Shown here: positions 48,001 through 57,569 of the stretch, one piece after another | Layout: each line of letters begins with the position of its first letter | Numbering within the stretch: position 1 is the stretch's first letter | NCBI GenBank assembly: GCA_965203805.1 | Contig: OZ241917.1 | Span: 4,256,001 to 4,320,000, forward strand | Direction of reading: 5' to 3' | From: Candidatus Latescibacterota bacterium | GTDB lineage: Bacteria > Latescibacterota > UBA2968 > GCA-2709665 | Length of the DNA: 64,000 nt | Translations under genes and position numbers: made by a program | Notes under the pieces: model-generated | What the model saw: only the letters and a program-made list of their open reading frames with translations | Databases searched by the model: none | Told to the model about the DNA's origin: nothing

Positions 48001-49629
48001 CCCCAGCAGTAAGTCGAGAGACATCACCAGTTCTTCCCGCAGGGGGTCGATCGGCGGATTCGTGACCTGCGCGAACCGCTGCGTAAAGAAATTGTACAGT
48101 AGCTGGGGCCGCTCGGACAACATGGCCAGAGGCGTGTCATCTCCCATGGATCCGACCGGCTCCTTGCCGTCGTTCGCCATGGGTACCAGCACATATTCGA
48201 TTTCGTCGGCAGTATACCCGAATGCCAGTTGCCTCCGGGCCAGGTCCGTCTGTTCGCCCACCGGCACGGGCTCGTTTTGGGCGTCCGTCTGTTCGAAACT
48301 GACCACGTTGTCCCTCACCCATCGCCGGTAGGGCCGGCGGCCGGAAAATCGGGACTTGATCTCGTCGTTTTTCAACAACACGCCCCGCCGCGTGTCCACT
48401 GCGATCATCTGTCCCGGTCCCAGGCGCCCTTTCTCCACGACGTGGCGGTCGTCCATCTCGAGCATCCCGACCTCCGAACCCATAACGATCAGGCCGCTCT
48501 CCGTTATCTTGTACCGTGCGGGCCGCAACCCGTTCCGGTCCAACGTGGCGCCCACGACCGCGCCGTCGCTGAACGCGACAGCGGCGGGCCCGTCCCAGGG
48601 TTCCATCAGACAATCGTTATATTCATAAAATCCGCGAAGATCCTCGGGTATGTCCGGGATTCCGCGATGCGCCTCCGGAATCAACATCATCATCGCGTGC
48701 ATCGGATTCCGTCCGGCAACCACCAGCGTTTCGAAGACATTGTCGAGCATCGCGGAATCGCTGCGGGCCGCATCGACAATGGGCTTGATCCGATCCAGAT
48801 ACCGCCCCCATGCCCTGGATTTGAGTTCCGACTCGCGCGCCCGCATCCAGTTCACATTTCCCCGCAGGGTGTTGATTTCGCCGTTGTGGGCCAGATATCG
48901 GAACGGTTGAGCCAGAAACCAGTCGGGCAGCGTGTTGGTGCTGTAGCGCTGGTGAAGGACGGCCAGCGAGGTTTCGAAGTCGGGATTCTGCAGGTCCCTG
49001 TAAAACCGCGCAAGCTGCGCGGCAACCATCATCCCTTTGTAGACGATCGTTCGGTTGGACAGCGAACAGATGTAACAGCCCTCGATCCCGTGCCGACGCA
49101 CGGATCTCTCCACCTGCCGTCGAACCAGGTACAGCGCCCGCTCGAACTCCGCTTCGGACATCCGGTTTCCCCGGGCGATAAGCACCTGCTGAATATCGGG
49201 CATCAGTTCCGCGGCCCGGTCGCCGAGGACCGTACGGTTCACCGGCACCGTCCGCCATCCGATCAGCACAAGCCCGTAATGGTCCGTCGCTTCGTCGACG
49301 ATAATCCGATACCGGTCGTTCGTTGTCGAGTCCTGGGACAGGAACAGCATGCCGATCGCCAGGTCCTCCGCTCGCGGCGCACTGTATCCAAGCCGTTCCG
49401 CCTCACGTACGATCAATCGCCCGGGGATCTGGGTGAGTACCCCCGCCCCGTCGCCGGTTTTCGCATCGGCATCCATCGCGCCCCGATGGGTCAGATTGGC
49501 CAGTCCGAGCACCGCGTGCCGCATGATTTCACTATTGCGATTGCCCCTGATATCCGCGACGAACCCCACCCCGCAGGCATCGTGCTCGAATTCCGGGCGG
49601 TAAAGCCCTTTTGTTGAGGTTACTTCCAT
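45019..49629 (-). CDS. gltB: Glutamate synthase large subunit
   Basis: ACGVG, HQRYSTNT, HNGEINT, SNSGEGG, KMAQGSKPGEGGQL, 3Fe-4S motif CVMARQCHLNTC, C-terminal GXGXG domain. Confidence 0.95.
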   Translation of the reverse strand: MEVTSTKGLYRPEFEHDACGVGFVADIRGNRNSEIMRHAVLGLANLTHRGAMDADAKTGDGAGVLTQIPGRLIVREAERLGYSAPRAEDLAIGMLFLSQDSTTNDRYRIIVDEATDHYGLVLIGWRTVPVNRTVLGDRAAELMPDIQQVLIARGNRMSEAEFERALYLVRRQVERSVRRHGIEGCYICSLSNRTIVYKGMMVAAQLARFYRDLQNPDFETSLAVLHQRYSTNTLPDWFLAQPFRYLAHNGEINTLRGNVNWMRARESELKSRAWGRYLDRIKPIVDAARSDSAMLDNVFETLVVAGRNPMHAMMMLIPEAHRGIPDIPEDLRGFYEYNDCLMEPWDGPAAVAFSDGAVVGATLDRNGLRPARYKITESGLIVMGSEVGMLEMDDRHVVEKGRLGPGQMIAVDTRRGVLLKNDEIKSRFSGRRPYRRWVRDNVVSFEQTDAQNEPVPVGEQTDLARRQLAFGYTADEIEYVLVPMANDGKEPVGSMGDDTPLAMLSERPQLLYNFFTQRFAQVTNPPIDPLREELVMSLDLLLGRRRNIFREKAGNARLVRIPSPVLLDSEFRRLASSGLPAFESESVSALFVPSEGAEGLRRALDRMCRRALRAVESGKTLLILSDRGVDANHAPIPMLLAVGAVHHHLIREGKRMQASLIVESGEPREVHHIASLIGYGASAVNPYLVYENLNDLIRTGRLEGEITYAKALDNYRRALEAGILKVICKMGISTLSSYCGAQIFDAVGLHSDLVDRFFSGTVSQVGGIGLAEIANDAAERHLLAFQPDGSPSMNDAGIYRFRRDGEYHAFNPPVFKAIHSVAKSGNYEDFAAYSRLVEGRPAASLRDLMAFRNGSAVPLDEVEPAEAICRRFVSSAMSHGALSREAHETLAIALNRIGAKSNSGEGGEDPDRYRRRPNGDWPNSAIKQVASGRFGVTPAYLASAKELEIKMAQGSKPGEGGQLPGHKVSAEIALIRHSVPGVTLISPPPHHDIYSIEDIAQLIYDLKRVNPRAKVCVKLVSVAGIGTIAAGVVKGYADVVHISGHDGGTGASPLGAIKHSGGPWELGLAEVQQTLVMNDLRGRVMLRVDGGLKTARDVVVAAALGAEEYGFGTAALVSMGCVMARQCHLNTCPVGVATQKPELREKFNGSPEHVVRYFTNLAGEVREVIAGLGYRSLESLIGRTEILDATVDPKKQRWQGIDLSDLLADPDPAGTRPRLHTRERNDRPDASIDDLLLQDAIDAIKENSSITLSYEIKNTRRAVGAKLAGEIAFHYGDRGLDSTIECRFRGSAGQSFGAFCIRGLRLVLTGEANDYVGKGMHGGELIVRPPGNAGFPSHRNAIVGNTVMYGATGGVLYAAGCAGERFCVRNSGGHAVVEGVGDHGCEYMTAGAVIVLGSAGRNFGAGMTGGTAYVLDEEGSFVNRYNPQLVRIERVSQPDDVALLKKMIGRHLENTNSRRASAIITRWDRFLPKFWKVAPHAPDHGDELVIPDRYRETHRETRRQKAQGQQVERTVRDTLDDPVQAGAGSPGGSAEG

Positions 49630-49849
49630 GATGAACGTATTCTTCCTTCCTTGCAGATTGTAAAGTTCTGTTTAGCGATTACTAAGTTTCGATCCGTTCG
49701 AAATAGACTTTCAAGGGAAAGAGACATGATCCTGTCTATTACGAGGCCGAAACTGCGTTCCCGGCGGTTCCGAGCCTCAACTCTCCAATCACCTTTCTTT
49801 TTCTCCCTTAAATTCTCCCCACCCTCTAAATTCCCCTATTCCCCTGCCC

Positions 49850-50170
49850 TTTTTCTTGCTTCGCCCAAGAAAAAGGGCGAAAAAGAAGGGCGCCGCTCAA
49901 ACGCCGCGGGGCTGCTTTTCCGCGAACCGCCTTCGTGGTGGGAACGTGCGCAACTGCCCTGAAACCCTTGCAGGCGTTCCTGGACTTTCGTGCTGAACGG
50001 ACTCGCGCGGAAAAGCCCCCACTCCACCCTTCCGTCGACCTACCCCCTATCCCCCTTCCTGCGAGGAAGGGGGGAACGGTGATCCGCTCAGGGGCTCCCG
50101 GTTTTGCTTCAAGCTGTCTGCTCCCCCTCTCCCTCTGGGAGAGGGGGCCGGGGGGTGAGGGTCTCCCCGC
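49850..50170. repeat. Cluster of REP-like palindromes
   Basis: TTTTCTTG..CAAGAAAA; CCCCCTTCCT-GCG-AGGAAGGGGG; CCCCTCTCCC-TCT-GGGAGAGGGG followed by GGGGGTGAGGG. Confidence 0.6.
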
Positions 50171-50189
50171 TTTTTGCTGTTCCAAATTC

Positions 50190-50222
50190 AAAATGCCAGG
50201 ATCGGTTGGATCCTGGCATTTT
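50190..50222 (-). terminator. Intrinsic terminator after ferredoxin
   Basis: AAAATGCCAGGATC-N5-GATCCTGGCATTTT. Confidence 0.7.
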
Positions 50223-50260
50223 CTCCACGTCGCTTGAACGAGCGAAGAGCGTTCAACGCC

Positions 50261-50524
50261 TTACTCGAACGCCTTCGCATTGATTTCGATATATTCCTTC
50301 CATTCGTCAGGTGTATCGTCTTCCTCAAAAATCGCCTCGACCGGGCACTCGGGTTCGCACGCCCCGCAATCGATGCACTCATCCGGATGGATGTAGAGCA
50401 TCTGGCGTTGCTCGTCTTCCGGCAGGTTGGTTGCGTCGGGTTCGTAGATACAGTCGACCGGGCAGACCTCCACACAGGCCCTGTCCATCACGTCGATGCA
50501 TGGCTCGGCGATAATGTACGTCAT
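50261..50524 (-). CDS. Dicluster (7Fe-type) ferredoxin
   Basis: CIDVMDRACVEVCP and CIDCGACEPECP. Confidence 0.9.
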   Translation of the reverse strand: MTYIIAEPCIDVMDRACVEVCPVDCIYEPDATNLPEDEQRQMLYIHPDECIDCGACEPECPVEAIFEEDDTPDEWKEYIEINAKAFE

Positions 50525-50715
50525 TCTCTTCACCCCTTTCCTTGAGTCGGCCTACTGGTCAATCTTAAAGTGTGAAGTTCAGGTTCGTGAAGATCGAATC
50601 CGTCCGGAACGGGAATATCGGACAACTTCACGAGGGCGACCGGACTGCAATTGTCTTGGGCGCCAATGACACACGAAATATAGAACTTTCTTTCGGTTTG
50701 TCAAGCGTCAAAAAG

Positions 50716-51297
50716 CTAAGAAATCGCATCAAAATGTAGAAGTGAGAGAGCGACGCTATCCCGGTAGCCGGAACGGATTCTGAGGGTGAATCTTCGCCCT
50801 GGATCCGAATCGTGTTCAATGTCGAATCCGGCGCCATTGTAGAGTTTCGCCAGCACCTGCTCAAGGTCCGGCCGAACGGCCTCCAGCGTTTCAACCGAAT
50901 TCGGCGCCAGCAGCCGGTCGTTCAGCACAAACAGGACTTCATCCAGACGGAAACTCGCACTTCCGGCCAGTATGGGGTCGGTCTCCAGCCTCCGGCAGGC
51001 TTTCAGGGCTGAAACGAAAGCGGCCTTCAGCCGATTCGGGAAGCTGCCGTTTGACGGCTGTTTGCGGTCGTAGAGGAGCCCGGTTTTTCCGTCCGTCCGA
51101 TCGATACTGTAATTAGCCTCGTGTCCCACCAGCAGGGTGACCGGCCCATTGTGCACGTGGCTGTAATCCGCCACATCCACGAGCACCTCGTCCGTCGTCA
51201 CCGGAATCCAGGTGTTGAAGACCCGGAACCAGGTTTCCGGCGCGATGTCCTGCCCGCTTTCGAGGTAGAACTTGATCTGAATTCTATATGCGTTCAT
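50716..51297 (-). CDS. Hypothetical protein downstream of the siroheme reductase
   Basis: 193-aa ORF 30 bp after the reductase stop; DVADYSHVHNGP..LVGHE, NDRL.APN. Confidence 0.6.
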   Translation of the reverse strand: MNAYRIQIKFYLESGQDIAPETWFRVFNTWIPVTTDEVLVDVADYSHVHNGPVTLLVGHEANYSIDRTDGKTGLLYDRKQPSNGSFPNRLKAAFVSALKACRRLETDPILAGSASFRLDEVLFVLNDRLLAPNSVETLEAVRPDLEQVLAKLYNGAGFDIEHDSDPGRRFTLRIRSGYRDSVALSLLHFDAIS

Positions 51298-51326
51298 CGG
51301 TCAGAAACGTAAATCGGGAAATACCC

Positions 51327-53582
51327 TTAATTGCTGACGACGTTCATCCGCCCGTAGCATGCGTACGCGGCCTCGATAAAGAGCTGTGTTTCTTCGATGA
51401 ACCGGTGCGCGAGGTCTTCACTGTAGGTGTCGACGTCGCGTCGATGGGCATGAAAGAGATAATTGGCGAACTTGCCACGGGTTACGGGATTGTCGTGCAA
51501 CAGCCCGGTGTCGACGATCCTCGTGCGGAATTCGGACACGATTGTATCGGGGTCTTCCGGTACATCCAGAAACTGCGACTTTACCAGGGCCTTGGCCGCG
51601 TGAACCATGGCGCTGTATGCCTGATTGTATGCGTTTTCGTATTGGCCGTTATCCAGTTGCACCTGGGCCTCGAACGCCTCGCGTTCACAACTGGAGAGCT
51701 CGAATTGCACCAGCGGCACCACCTCGCCCGCGCACTCGCCCTTCCCCATATCTCCGGTTGTGAACACCCGGCTGTCTCCCCAGTCCATATAGAAAGAGGA
51801 GTCGATCTCGTAGGGAGGCACTTCGGTGAGGTCGTCCAGCATCCGCTTCACCTGCACCTTGCCGATTCGCCGGATGTAATCCTGAAAACTCTCGTCCTCC
51901 TCTCGTCCCTCAATGTAGCTCTGGCTGATTCGCGCCACCACGTCGGGAATCCGCTTGGATGGGACCGCGCCCATCGCCAATCCGAACGATGCGGCGTTGC
52001 CGGTCCACTGGCCTCCGAGTACCACCTGAAAATGCGGCACGGTGTAGCCGCTCACTTTACGGCTGATCCCGTAGAATCCCAGGTCCGCAACGTGATGCTG
52101 ACCGCAGGAGTTGAAGCAACCGCTGATCTTGATGCGCAGACCTTCCACGGCGGCGTCCATCTCCACGCCCTTTTCGGCAAGGTGCGTACGCAATTCGGCG
52201 GCAAGTCCGCGGGACGACGCGATGCCCAGCTTGCACGTATCCGTTCCGGGGCAGGCCGTCACGTCCGCGATGGTCCCGGCGCCGGGTTCGTTCAAACCGA
52301 TTTCCGCGAGCGCGTTGTAGAGTTCGGGGAGATCCGCCTCGCTCACCCAGCGCAGTACGATATTCTGCTCCACCGTGGCTCGAATCGTATCGTTCACGAA
52401 CCGTCTTGAAAGTCTGGCGAGTGCCCGCGTCTGGTCGGACGTGAGGTCGCCCAGCGGCAGCGTGACCGTAACCGCCGCGTAGCCGTCCTGGCGCTGCCGG
52501 TAGACGTTGGTTCGGGTCCACTCCTCGAATCCGCCTGCAACGACGGCGCCGTTGAGCGGCTGTGCGATCTTCAGCGGCTTCTCGTCGTAGGCGTGAAGGT
52601 CCGAAAGGTACGCCGTCCATTCCGGGTCGTCGGGCATCACCTTCCGTTCCTCCGTCACCAGGCGCTTGAATTCTTCCAGGCCCAATTTGGCGATCAGGAA
52701 CTTGAGCCGCGCCCGCGCCCGGTTCCGCTTCTCGCCGAGGCGGGCGAACACACGGGAGATCGCCTGGGAGACGGGGAGGAGTTCCTCTTCCGGCAGGAAA
52801 TCCTCGAACAGTTTTGCTTGGTGCGGCACGGCGCCCAATCCGCCGCCAACGTAGAACCTGAACCCGCGTTTCTCTGTGCCGTTGACCGACCTCGTCACCG
52901 CAATGGCGCCGATATCGTGCATATTGGCAAGCCCGCAGGCCTCGTGTTCGCATCCGGAGAACGCGATTTTGAACTTCCGGCCGAAGTCCTGCGCGTCGCT
53001 GTGGCCCAGGAGGAATTTCGAGCAGGCCCGGGCATAGGGCGTCACGTCGAATGTCTCGGTCCGGCACACGCCGGAAAGGGGGCAGGCGGTCACGTTACGG
53101 ACCGTATTGCCGCAGGCTTCGCGGGTTGTGATGCCCACCGAGGCCAGGCGGTACATGAGATCGGGCGTATCGTCGATGTGGACGTAATGCAGCTGGACGT
53201 CCTGGCGCGTGGTAATGTGCAGGATACAATCCGAATACTCCTCGGCAAGCTCGGCCAGCACATCCAGTTGATCCGCGGTCAGGCCCCCGAACGGAATCTT
53301 GATCCGCTGCATCCCCGGCGCGTCCCATACCGTATCCGGCCCCTTGACCAGGTCTCCGCTAGGAAACTCCAGGACCTGCGTATTGCTGCCGTCGAACCGT
53401 TTGCCGTTATCGTAACGCTGACCGTAAACACCGCGGCGCAGGCGGGTTTCGGCGAAAACGGTGTCGTCGATCTTGTCCTGTTTCCGCAGCTGGATCTGCG
53501 TGGCGAATATATCCACTTCCCGGCCCAGTTCGTCGGGTATGCGATCCGCGAGAACTTCCTTCCAGGTTGTCGATTCAGACAT
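51327..53582 (-). CDS. Ferredoxin-dependent nitrite/sulfite reductase (siroheme) with C-terminal HEPN-like helical domain
   Basis: RLRRGVYGQR, TTRQD, RKFK, ACPGTDTC, SGCFNSC; AGGAG RBS before ATG 53582. Confidence 0.88.
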   Translation of the reverse strand: MSESTTWKEVLADRIPDELGREVDIFATQIQLRKQDKIDDTVFAETRLRRGVYGQRYDNGKRFDGSNTQVLEFPSGDLVKGPDTVWDAPGMQRIKIPFGGLTADQLDVLAELAEEYSDCILHITTRQDVQLHYVHIDDTPDLMYRLASVGITTREACGNTVRNVTACPLSGVCRTETFDVTPYARACSKFLLGHSDAQDFGRKFKIAFSGCEHEACGLANMHDIGAIAVTRSVNGTEKRGFRFYVGGGLGAVPHQAKLFEDFLPEEELLPVSQAISRVFARLGEKRNRARARLKFLIAKLGLEEFKRLVTEERKVMPDDPEWTAYLSDLHAYDEKPLKIAQPLNGAVVAGGFEEWTRTNVYRQRQDGYAAVTVTLPLGDLTSDQTRALARLSRRFVNDTIRATVEQNIVLRWVSEADLPELYNALAEIGLNEPGAGTIADVTACPGTDTCKLGIASSRGLAAELRTHLAEKGVEMDAAVEGLRIKISGCFNSCGQHHVADLGFYGISRKVSGYTVPHFQVVLGGQWTGNAASFGLAMGAVPSKRIPDVVARISQSYIEGREEDESFQDYIRRIGKVQVKRMLDDLTEVPPYEIDSSFYMDWGDSRVFTTGDMGKGECAGEVVPLVQFELSSCEREAFEAQVQLDNGQYENAYNQAYSAMVHAAKALVKSQFLDVPEDPDTIVSEFRTRIVDTGLLHDNPVTRGKFANYLFHAHRRDVDTYSEDLAHRFIEETQLFIEAAYACYGRMNVVSN

Positions 53583-53782
53583 GGCAACGTCTCCTGGTGA
53601 CCGATTCCAAGCGCGACGGCGTTGTTCAGGCGGGTAATCTATCGAACTCATCCTGTGAAGTCAACGAATTTATCCGGAAACGGCAGCCGTTCCGATCGGG
53701 CAAAACGGGTCACCCGCAGATATTCTTGAGTTTTTCGATCAACAATATAATAAATAAACGGACAAATGGGAAACCTGTCAAC

Positions 53783-53810
53783 AAAAAGCGAGAGACCAGA
53801 GTCTCTCGCT
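53783..53810 (-). terminator. Intrinsic terminator downstream of moaA
   Basis: AGCGAGAGAC-CAGA-GTCTCTCGCT with a U-tail on the minus strand. Confidence 0.65.
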
Positions 53811-53892
53811 ACTCAAGTGGATTGGTGGATCGGCGGTTGATCGCTATACTGTGCCCCCTGGGAGCGAGGCCATCCTGCCCTCGAAACGCACT

Positions 53893-54019
53893 AAAAGCGG
53901 TAAGACGGTAGACGGTAGATGGCATCTTTGCCCGACTGGTTTCTCCTTCATGCCTGCGGCAAGAGATGATACAGAACGGGCGCCCACATCATCTCACCTC
54001 TCCCGTCTCCCGTCTCCCC
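53893..54019. repeat. Dispersed ~130-bp intergenic element, copy B
   Basis: Aligns to 7163-7296. Confidence 0.7.
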
Positions 54020-54028
54020 GCCTGTCGG

Positions 54029-55051
54029 CTAGCCCCCGATCTGGTACATTTCCACCTTGGATAATGACGGCACTTCCGCTGTCTCGGCCGTCCTCAGTTC
54101 GGAATACCGGTCGTCTCGACCCGCCCATATATCCGAGATCGCCGCCAGGAGTTCGTCGTCACTCGCCCCGTCGCGTAGAAGCCCTCTGAGATCCACGCCC
54201 GACCCGGCGAACAAACAGGTATACACCTTTCCGTCGGTTGAAAGCCGCGCGCGCGTGCAGTCGCCGCAAAACGGTTGCGTAACCGAGGCGATGACGCCGA
54301 TCTCCCCGTTTCCGTCCAGATACCGGAATCGTCGCGCGACTTCGCCCGGGTAATTCGGCGCCACTGCGGTGAGCGGCATTTCCTCATGGATGCGCTGTAC
54401 GATCTCTGCAGCGGGAACCACCTGATCCAGTCGCCAGCCGTTGCGGTTGCCCACGTCCATAAATTCTATAAAGCGGACGATATGCCCAGTACCGTAGAAA
54501 TGCCTGGCGAGATCCACGACGGTATGGTCGTTCACCCCGCGCTGGACCACCGCGTTGACCTTCAGAGGTGAAAACCCGGCCGCTTCCGCCTCCCGGATTC
54601 CCTCCAGCACCTCCGAAACGTGATATCCTCTCCCATTCAACCGTTCGAATACGTTTTCGTCCAGGGAATCCAGGCTGACCGTAATTCTGTCCAACCCGGC
54701 GTCCCTGAGTTCTCCGACCATCCTGGGCAGCAGATAGCCGTTTGTCGTAAGCGTGAGATCCTCCACACCGTCAATTGCCGCCAGACGCCGGATCAGCGCT
54801 TCGAGCTCCCTCCGGAGCAGGGGCTCTCCTCCGGTGATCCGGACCTTGCGCACCCCCAGATCCACGAAAAGCCTCGCCAGCCGGTCGATCTCCTCGAACG
54901 TGAGTATTTCCGCCCTGGGCAGGAAACTGTAATTCTCCCCGAAGACTTCCGCCGGCATACAGTACGGACACCGGAAATTGCACCGGTCCGTTACCGAAAT
55001 CCGAAGGTCCCTGAGCGGTCTGCCCAATCTGTCCGTCGCAACGTCCGTCAT
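54029..55051 (-). CDS. moaA: GTP 3',8-cyclase
   Basis: [32 protein letters not shown]-terminal IGG. Confidence 0.95.
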   Translation of the reverse strand: MTDVATDRLGRPLRDLRISVTDRCNFRCPYCMPAEVFGENYSFLPRAEILTFEEIDRLARLFVDLGVRKVRITGGEPLLRRELEALIRRLAAIDGVEDLTLTTNGYLLPRMVGELRDAGLDRITVSLDSLDENVFERLNGRGYHVSEVLEGIREAEAAGFSPLKVNAVVQRGVNDHTVVDLARHFYGTGHIVRFIEFMDVGNRNGWRLDQVVPAAEIVQRIHEEMPLTAVAPNYPGEVARRFRYLDGNGEIGVIASVTQPFCGDCTRARLSTDGKVYTCLFAGSGVDLRGLLRDGASDDELLAAISDIWAGRDDRYSELRTAETAEVPSLSKVEMYQIGG

Positions 55052-55079
55052 AGCGGGAATCTCTTCCGCATTTGCGCGT

Positions 55080-55661
55080 CTAATACGATTCCGCACGCGT
55101 AACGGCTGTCTCAAACTGTCTCTTGTCTACAATCGCGCCGCGAAGTCGCGCCTCGTAAAGGAATGCGCCGTTCAAATTGGCGCCCCGCAGGTCCGTTCCC
55201 CTGAAATCGGTCGCGCCCACCACCGCCGCTTCCAGGTCGGCGTCCTTGAAACTCGTCGGCCGGCCCGAAGGGTTAGGAAACGACGCATGCACCACGCCCA
55301 GCCGGGCCCGCTTCAGACTCGCGCCCGTGAATTTCGCGCCGCCGAGTACCGCGCCGGACAGAAACGCTTCGTCCATCATGGCGCCCGAGAAGTCCGCGCC
55401 GAGCAGGTCGGCCGCGACGAGGTACACCCGGTTCATTCGTGCGCCACTGAGGTCGGCGCCCTTCATGCTCGCGTTGTGAAACCGGGTCTCCAGGAGGGTT
55501 GCGTTTCTGAACAGGGCGTTGTCCAGCTTTGCGCCTGAGAAATCGACGCCGGAGAGATCCTCTCCCGATAAGTCGATCCCCGTGAGATCTTCTCCCGACA
55601 GATCCCCTGTTGTCCTCGCCCTGGCGATCAGCGCGTCCCTGTCGACATACGCGGCGGCCAT
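55080..55661 (-). CDS. Pentapeptide repeat protein
   Basis: Tandem A(D/N)LxG-type pentapeptides. Confidence 0.85.
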   Translation of the reverse strand: MAAAYVDRDALIARARTTGDLSGEDLTGIDLSGEDLSGVDFSGAKLDNALFRNATLLETRFHNASMKGADLSGARMNRVYLVAADLLGADFSGAMMDEAFLSGAVLGGAKFTGASLKRARLGVVHASFPNPSGRPTSFKDADLEAAVVGATDFRGTDLRGANLNGAFLYEARLRGAIVDKRQFETAVTRAESY

Positions 55662-55680
55662 CCGGTATCCCTCTTTTCAG

Positions 55681-55797
55681 GTGGTCAGTGGACAGTGATC
55701 AGTGGCCGGCAAAAATCCGTTAACGTTTCAATCAAGCGATGTCAATTCGTGACTGCCTGGTTCTGGCTGACTGCTGAAAACTGATCGCTGATCGCTG
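55681..55797. repeat. Inverted heptamer arrays
   Basis: (GnnCAGT)n and (CTGAnnG)n flanking ~60 bp. Confidence 0.55.
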
Positions 55798-55876
55798 CTT
55801 CTCGTCGAAATATACCAAACTTCCCTTAGCGGTCAACCGGTATCCCCGCGGCGGGAACCAGGTTTTCGATCGGCGG

Positions 55877-57157
55877 TCAGGCCACCGCAATCGTCTCCCT
55901 GCGATCGGGACCGACGGACACCATGGCAATCGGCGTGCGGCTCAACTCCTGAATTCGGTCAAGGTACCGTCTGGCGTTTTCAGGAAGGTCCTCCCACCGC
56001 CTCGCATCGCTGGTGGGCGACTGCCACCCCGGCATCGATTCGTACACGGGCTCACATTCCGCCAGCATCTTCAGGTCGCTCGGGAAATGCTCGAGGCGCT
56101 TTCCCCTGCACAAATAATGCGTGCAGATCCGGATCTCTTCCAGCGGATCCAGTATGTCCAGCCGGGTCACCGCGATCCCGGAAAGCCCGTTCACCCTTGC
56201 GGCGAATTTCAGAATCACGGCGTCCAGCCAGCCGCACCGCCGCGGCCGGCCGGTGGTCGCCCCGTACTCGTGCCCGATTTCCCGGATCCGGTCTCCCATC
56301 GCGCCGGTGAGTTCGGTGGGGAACGGTCCGTTTCCCACCCTCGTCGTGTACGCCTTGACCACCCCGACGACCTCGGAAATCCGGGTGGGGCCGATTCCGG
56401 CGCCCGTACACGCGCCGCCTGCCGTCGTATTCGAAGACGTTACAAAAGGATAGGTCCCGTGATCGATATCCAGCAACGTGCCCTGGGATCCTTCGAACAG
56501 GACGTCCTTGCCCGCGTCGATCATGTCGTTCAGGTAGACGGACGTATCCGTCACAAACGGCGCGAGGCGCTCGCCGAACGCCAGATAGGCCTCGATGATC
56601 GGCGTCGCATCCAGCCCGTCCTCCCCGTACACGTTCTCAAGTATCTCATTCTTCTCGGTCACGTTCTCCCGCACCCTGGAAGGCAGCGCATCCGCGTCGA
56701 ACAGGTCTCCCACCCGAATTCCGGAGGACCGGTTGACCTTGTCCTGGTAGCACGGCCCGATGCCGCGAAGCGTGGTCCCGATGGCGCCCGCGCCGAACCT
56801 TGCCTCGCTGGCCTGCTCCACGCGTTTGTGATACGGCATGACCAGGTGGGTATTGGGACTCACAAACAGCCGGTTTGAAATGGAAATGCCCTTCGATTCC
56901 AGTTCCTCCACCTCCTGGAACAGCGCCTCGGGATCCATCACGACCCCGTTGCCGATCACACAGGTCTTGTCGGGATGCACGATCCCCGCGGGGATGAGAT
57001 GAAACACGAACTCCAGATCGCCCGCCTTGATGGTATGTCCGGCATTGGCGCCTCCCTGGAACCGCACCACGACGTCCGAGTCCGCCGTCATGTAATCCAC
57101 CACCTTGGCCTTGCCTTCATCGCCCCACTGGGCCCCGAGCACAATGCGCACGGACAT
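55877..57157 (-). CDS. purA: Adenylosuccinate synthetase
   Basis: GAQWGDEGK, GGANAGHT, GTYPFVTSS, GATTGRPRRCGWLD. Confidence 0.97.
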   Translation of the reverse strand: MSVRIVLGAQWGDEGKAKVVDYMTADSDVVVRFQGGANAGHTIKAGDLEFVFHLIPAGIVHPDKTCVIGNGVVMDPEALFQEVEELESKGISISNRLFVSPNTHLVMPYHKRVEQASEARFGAGAIGTTLRGIGPCYQDKVNRSSGIRVGDLFDADALPSRVRENVTEKNEILENVYGEDGLDATPIIEAYLAFGERLAPFVTDTSVYLNDMIDAGKDVLFEGSQGTLLDIDHGTYPFVTSSNTTAGGACTGAGIGPTRISEVVGVVKAYTTRVGNGPFPTELTGAMGDRIREIGHEYGATTGRPRRCGWLDAVILKFAARVNGLSGIAVTRLDILDPLEEIRICTHYLCRGKRLEHFPSDLKMLAECEPVYESMPGWQSPTSDARRWEDLPENARRYLDRIQELSRTPIAMVSVGPDRRETIAVA

Positions 57158-57178
57158 GATCTATCTCCTCAGGAAAGA

Positions 57179-57543
57179 CAGCGATCAGCAGTCAGCAATC
57201 AGCAGTCAGCTTAGATCCAACGTCAACTCACACGAAGACACAAAGACACAAAGGAAAAACAGCGATCAGCAGTCAGCGATCAGCTGTCAGCCGTCGGCAA
57301 TCAGCTTGAAACAAAGACGGAAAACCAAACACCGCAACCCGTTCAAACACAACACCGCAATGCCGGGGCCGGGTCGCGCGGCTCTCTCCCCGCTACAGCA
57401 TCACCGCTTTTTGCGTTTCCCTCTGTCGTCTCCCAGCCTCATTGGGTTTCCCACATCCCGACGCAGAAATCTCTGGATCACGTCGCGATGCTATATCGTA
57501 AACCGATTCTTGCTGAATGCTGAGAGCTAATGGCTGATGGCTG
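57179..57543. repeat. Heptamer/octamer arrays in the serA-purA gap
   Basis: Two (CAGCnnT)n arrays, (ACAAAGAC)n, and inverted (GCTGAnn)n at 57511-57543. Confidence 0.6.
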
Positions 57544-57569
57544 CTTTTCCCTCTCCCGTCTCACCGCTC

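Noticed and set aside
49651-50237. Small ORFs upstream of gltB
   Set aside because: They translate REP-like palindromes and are unlikely to be coding.
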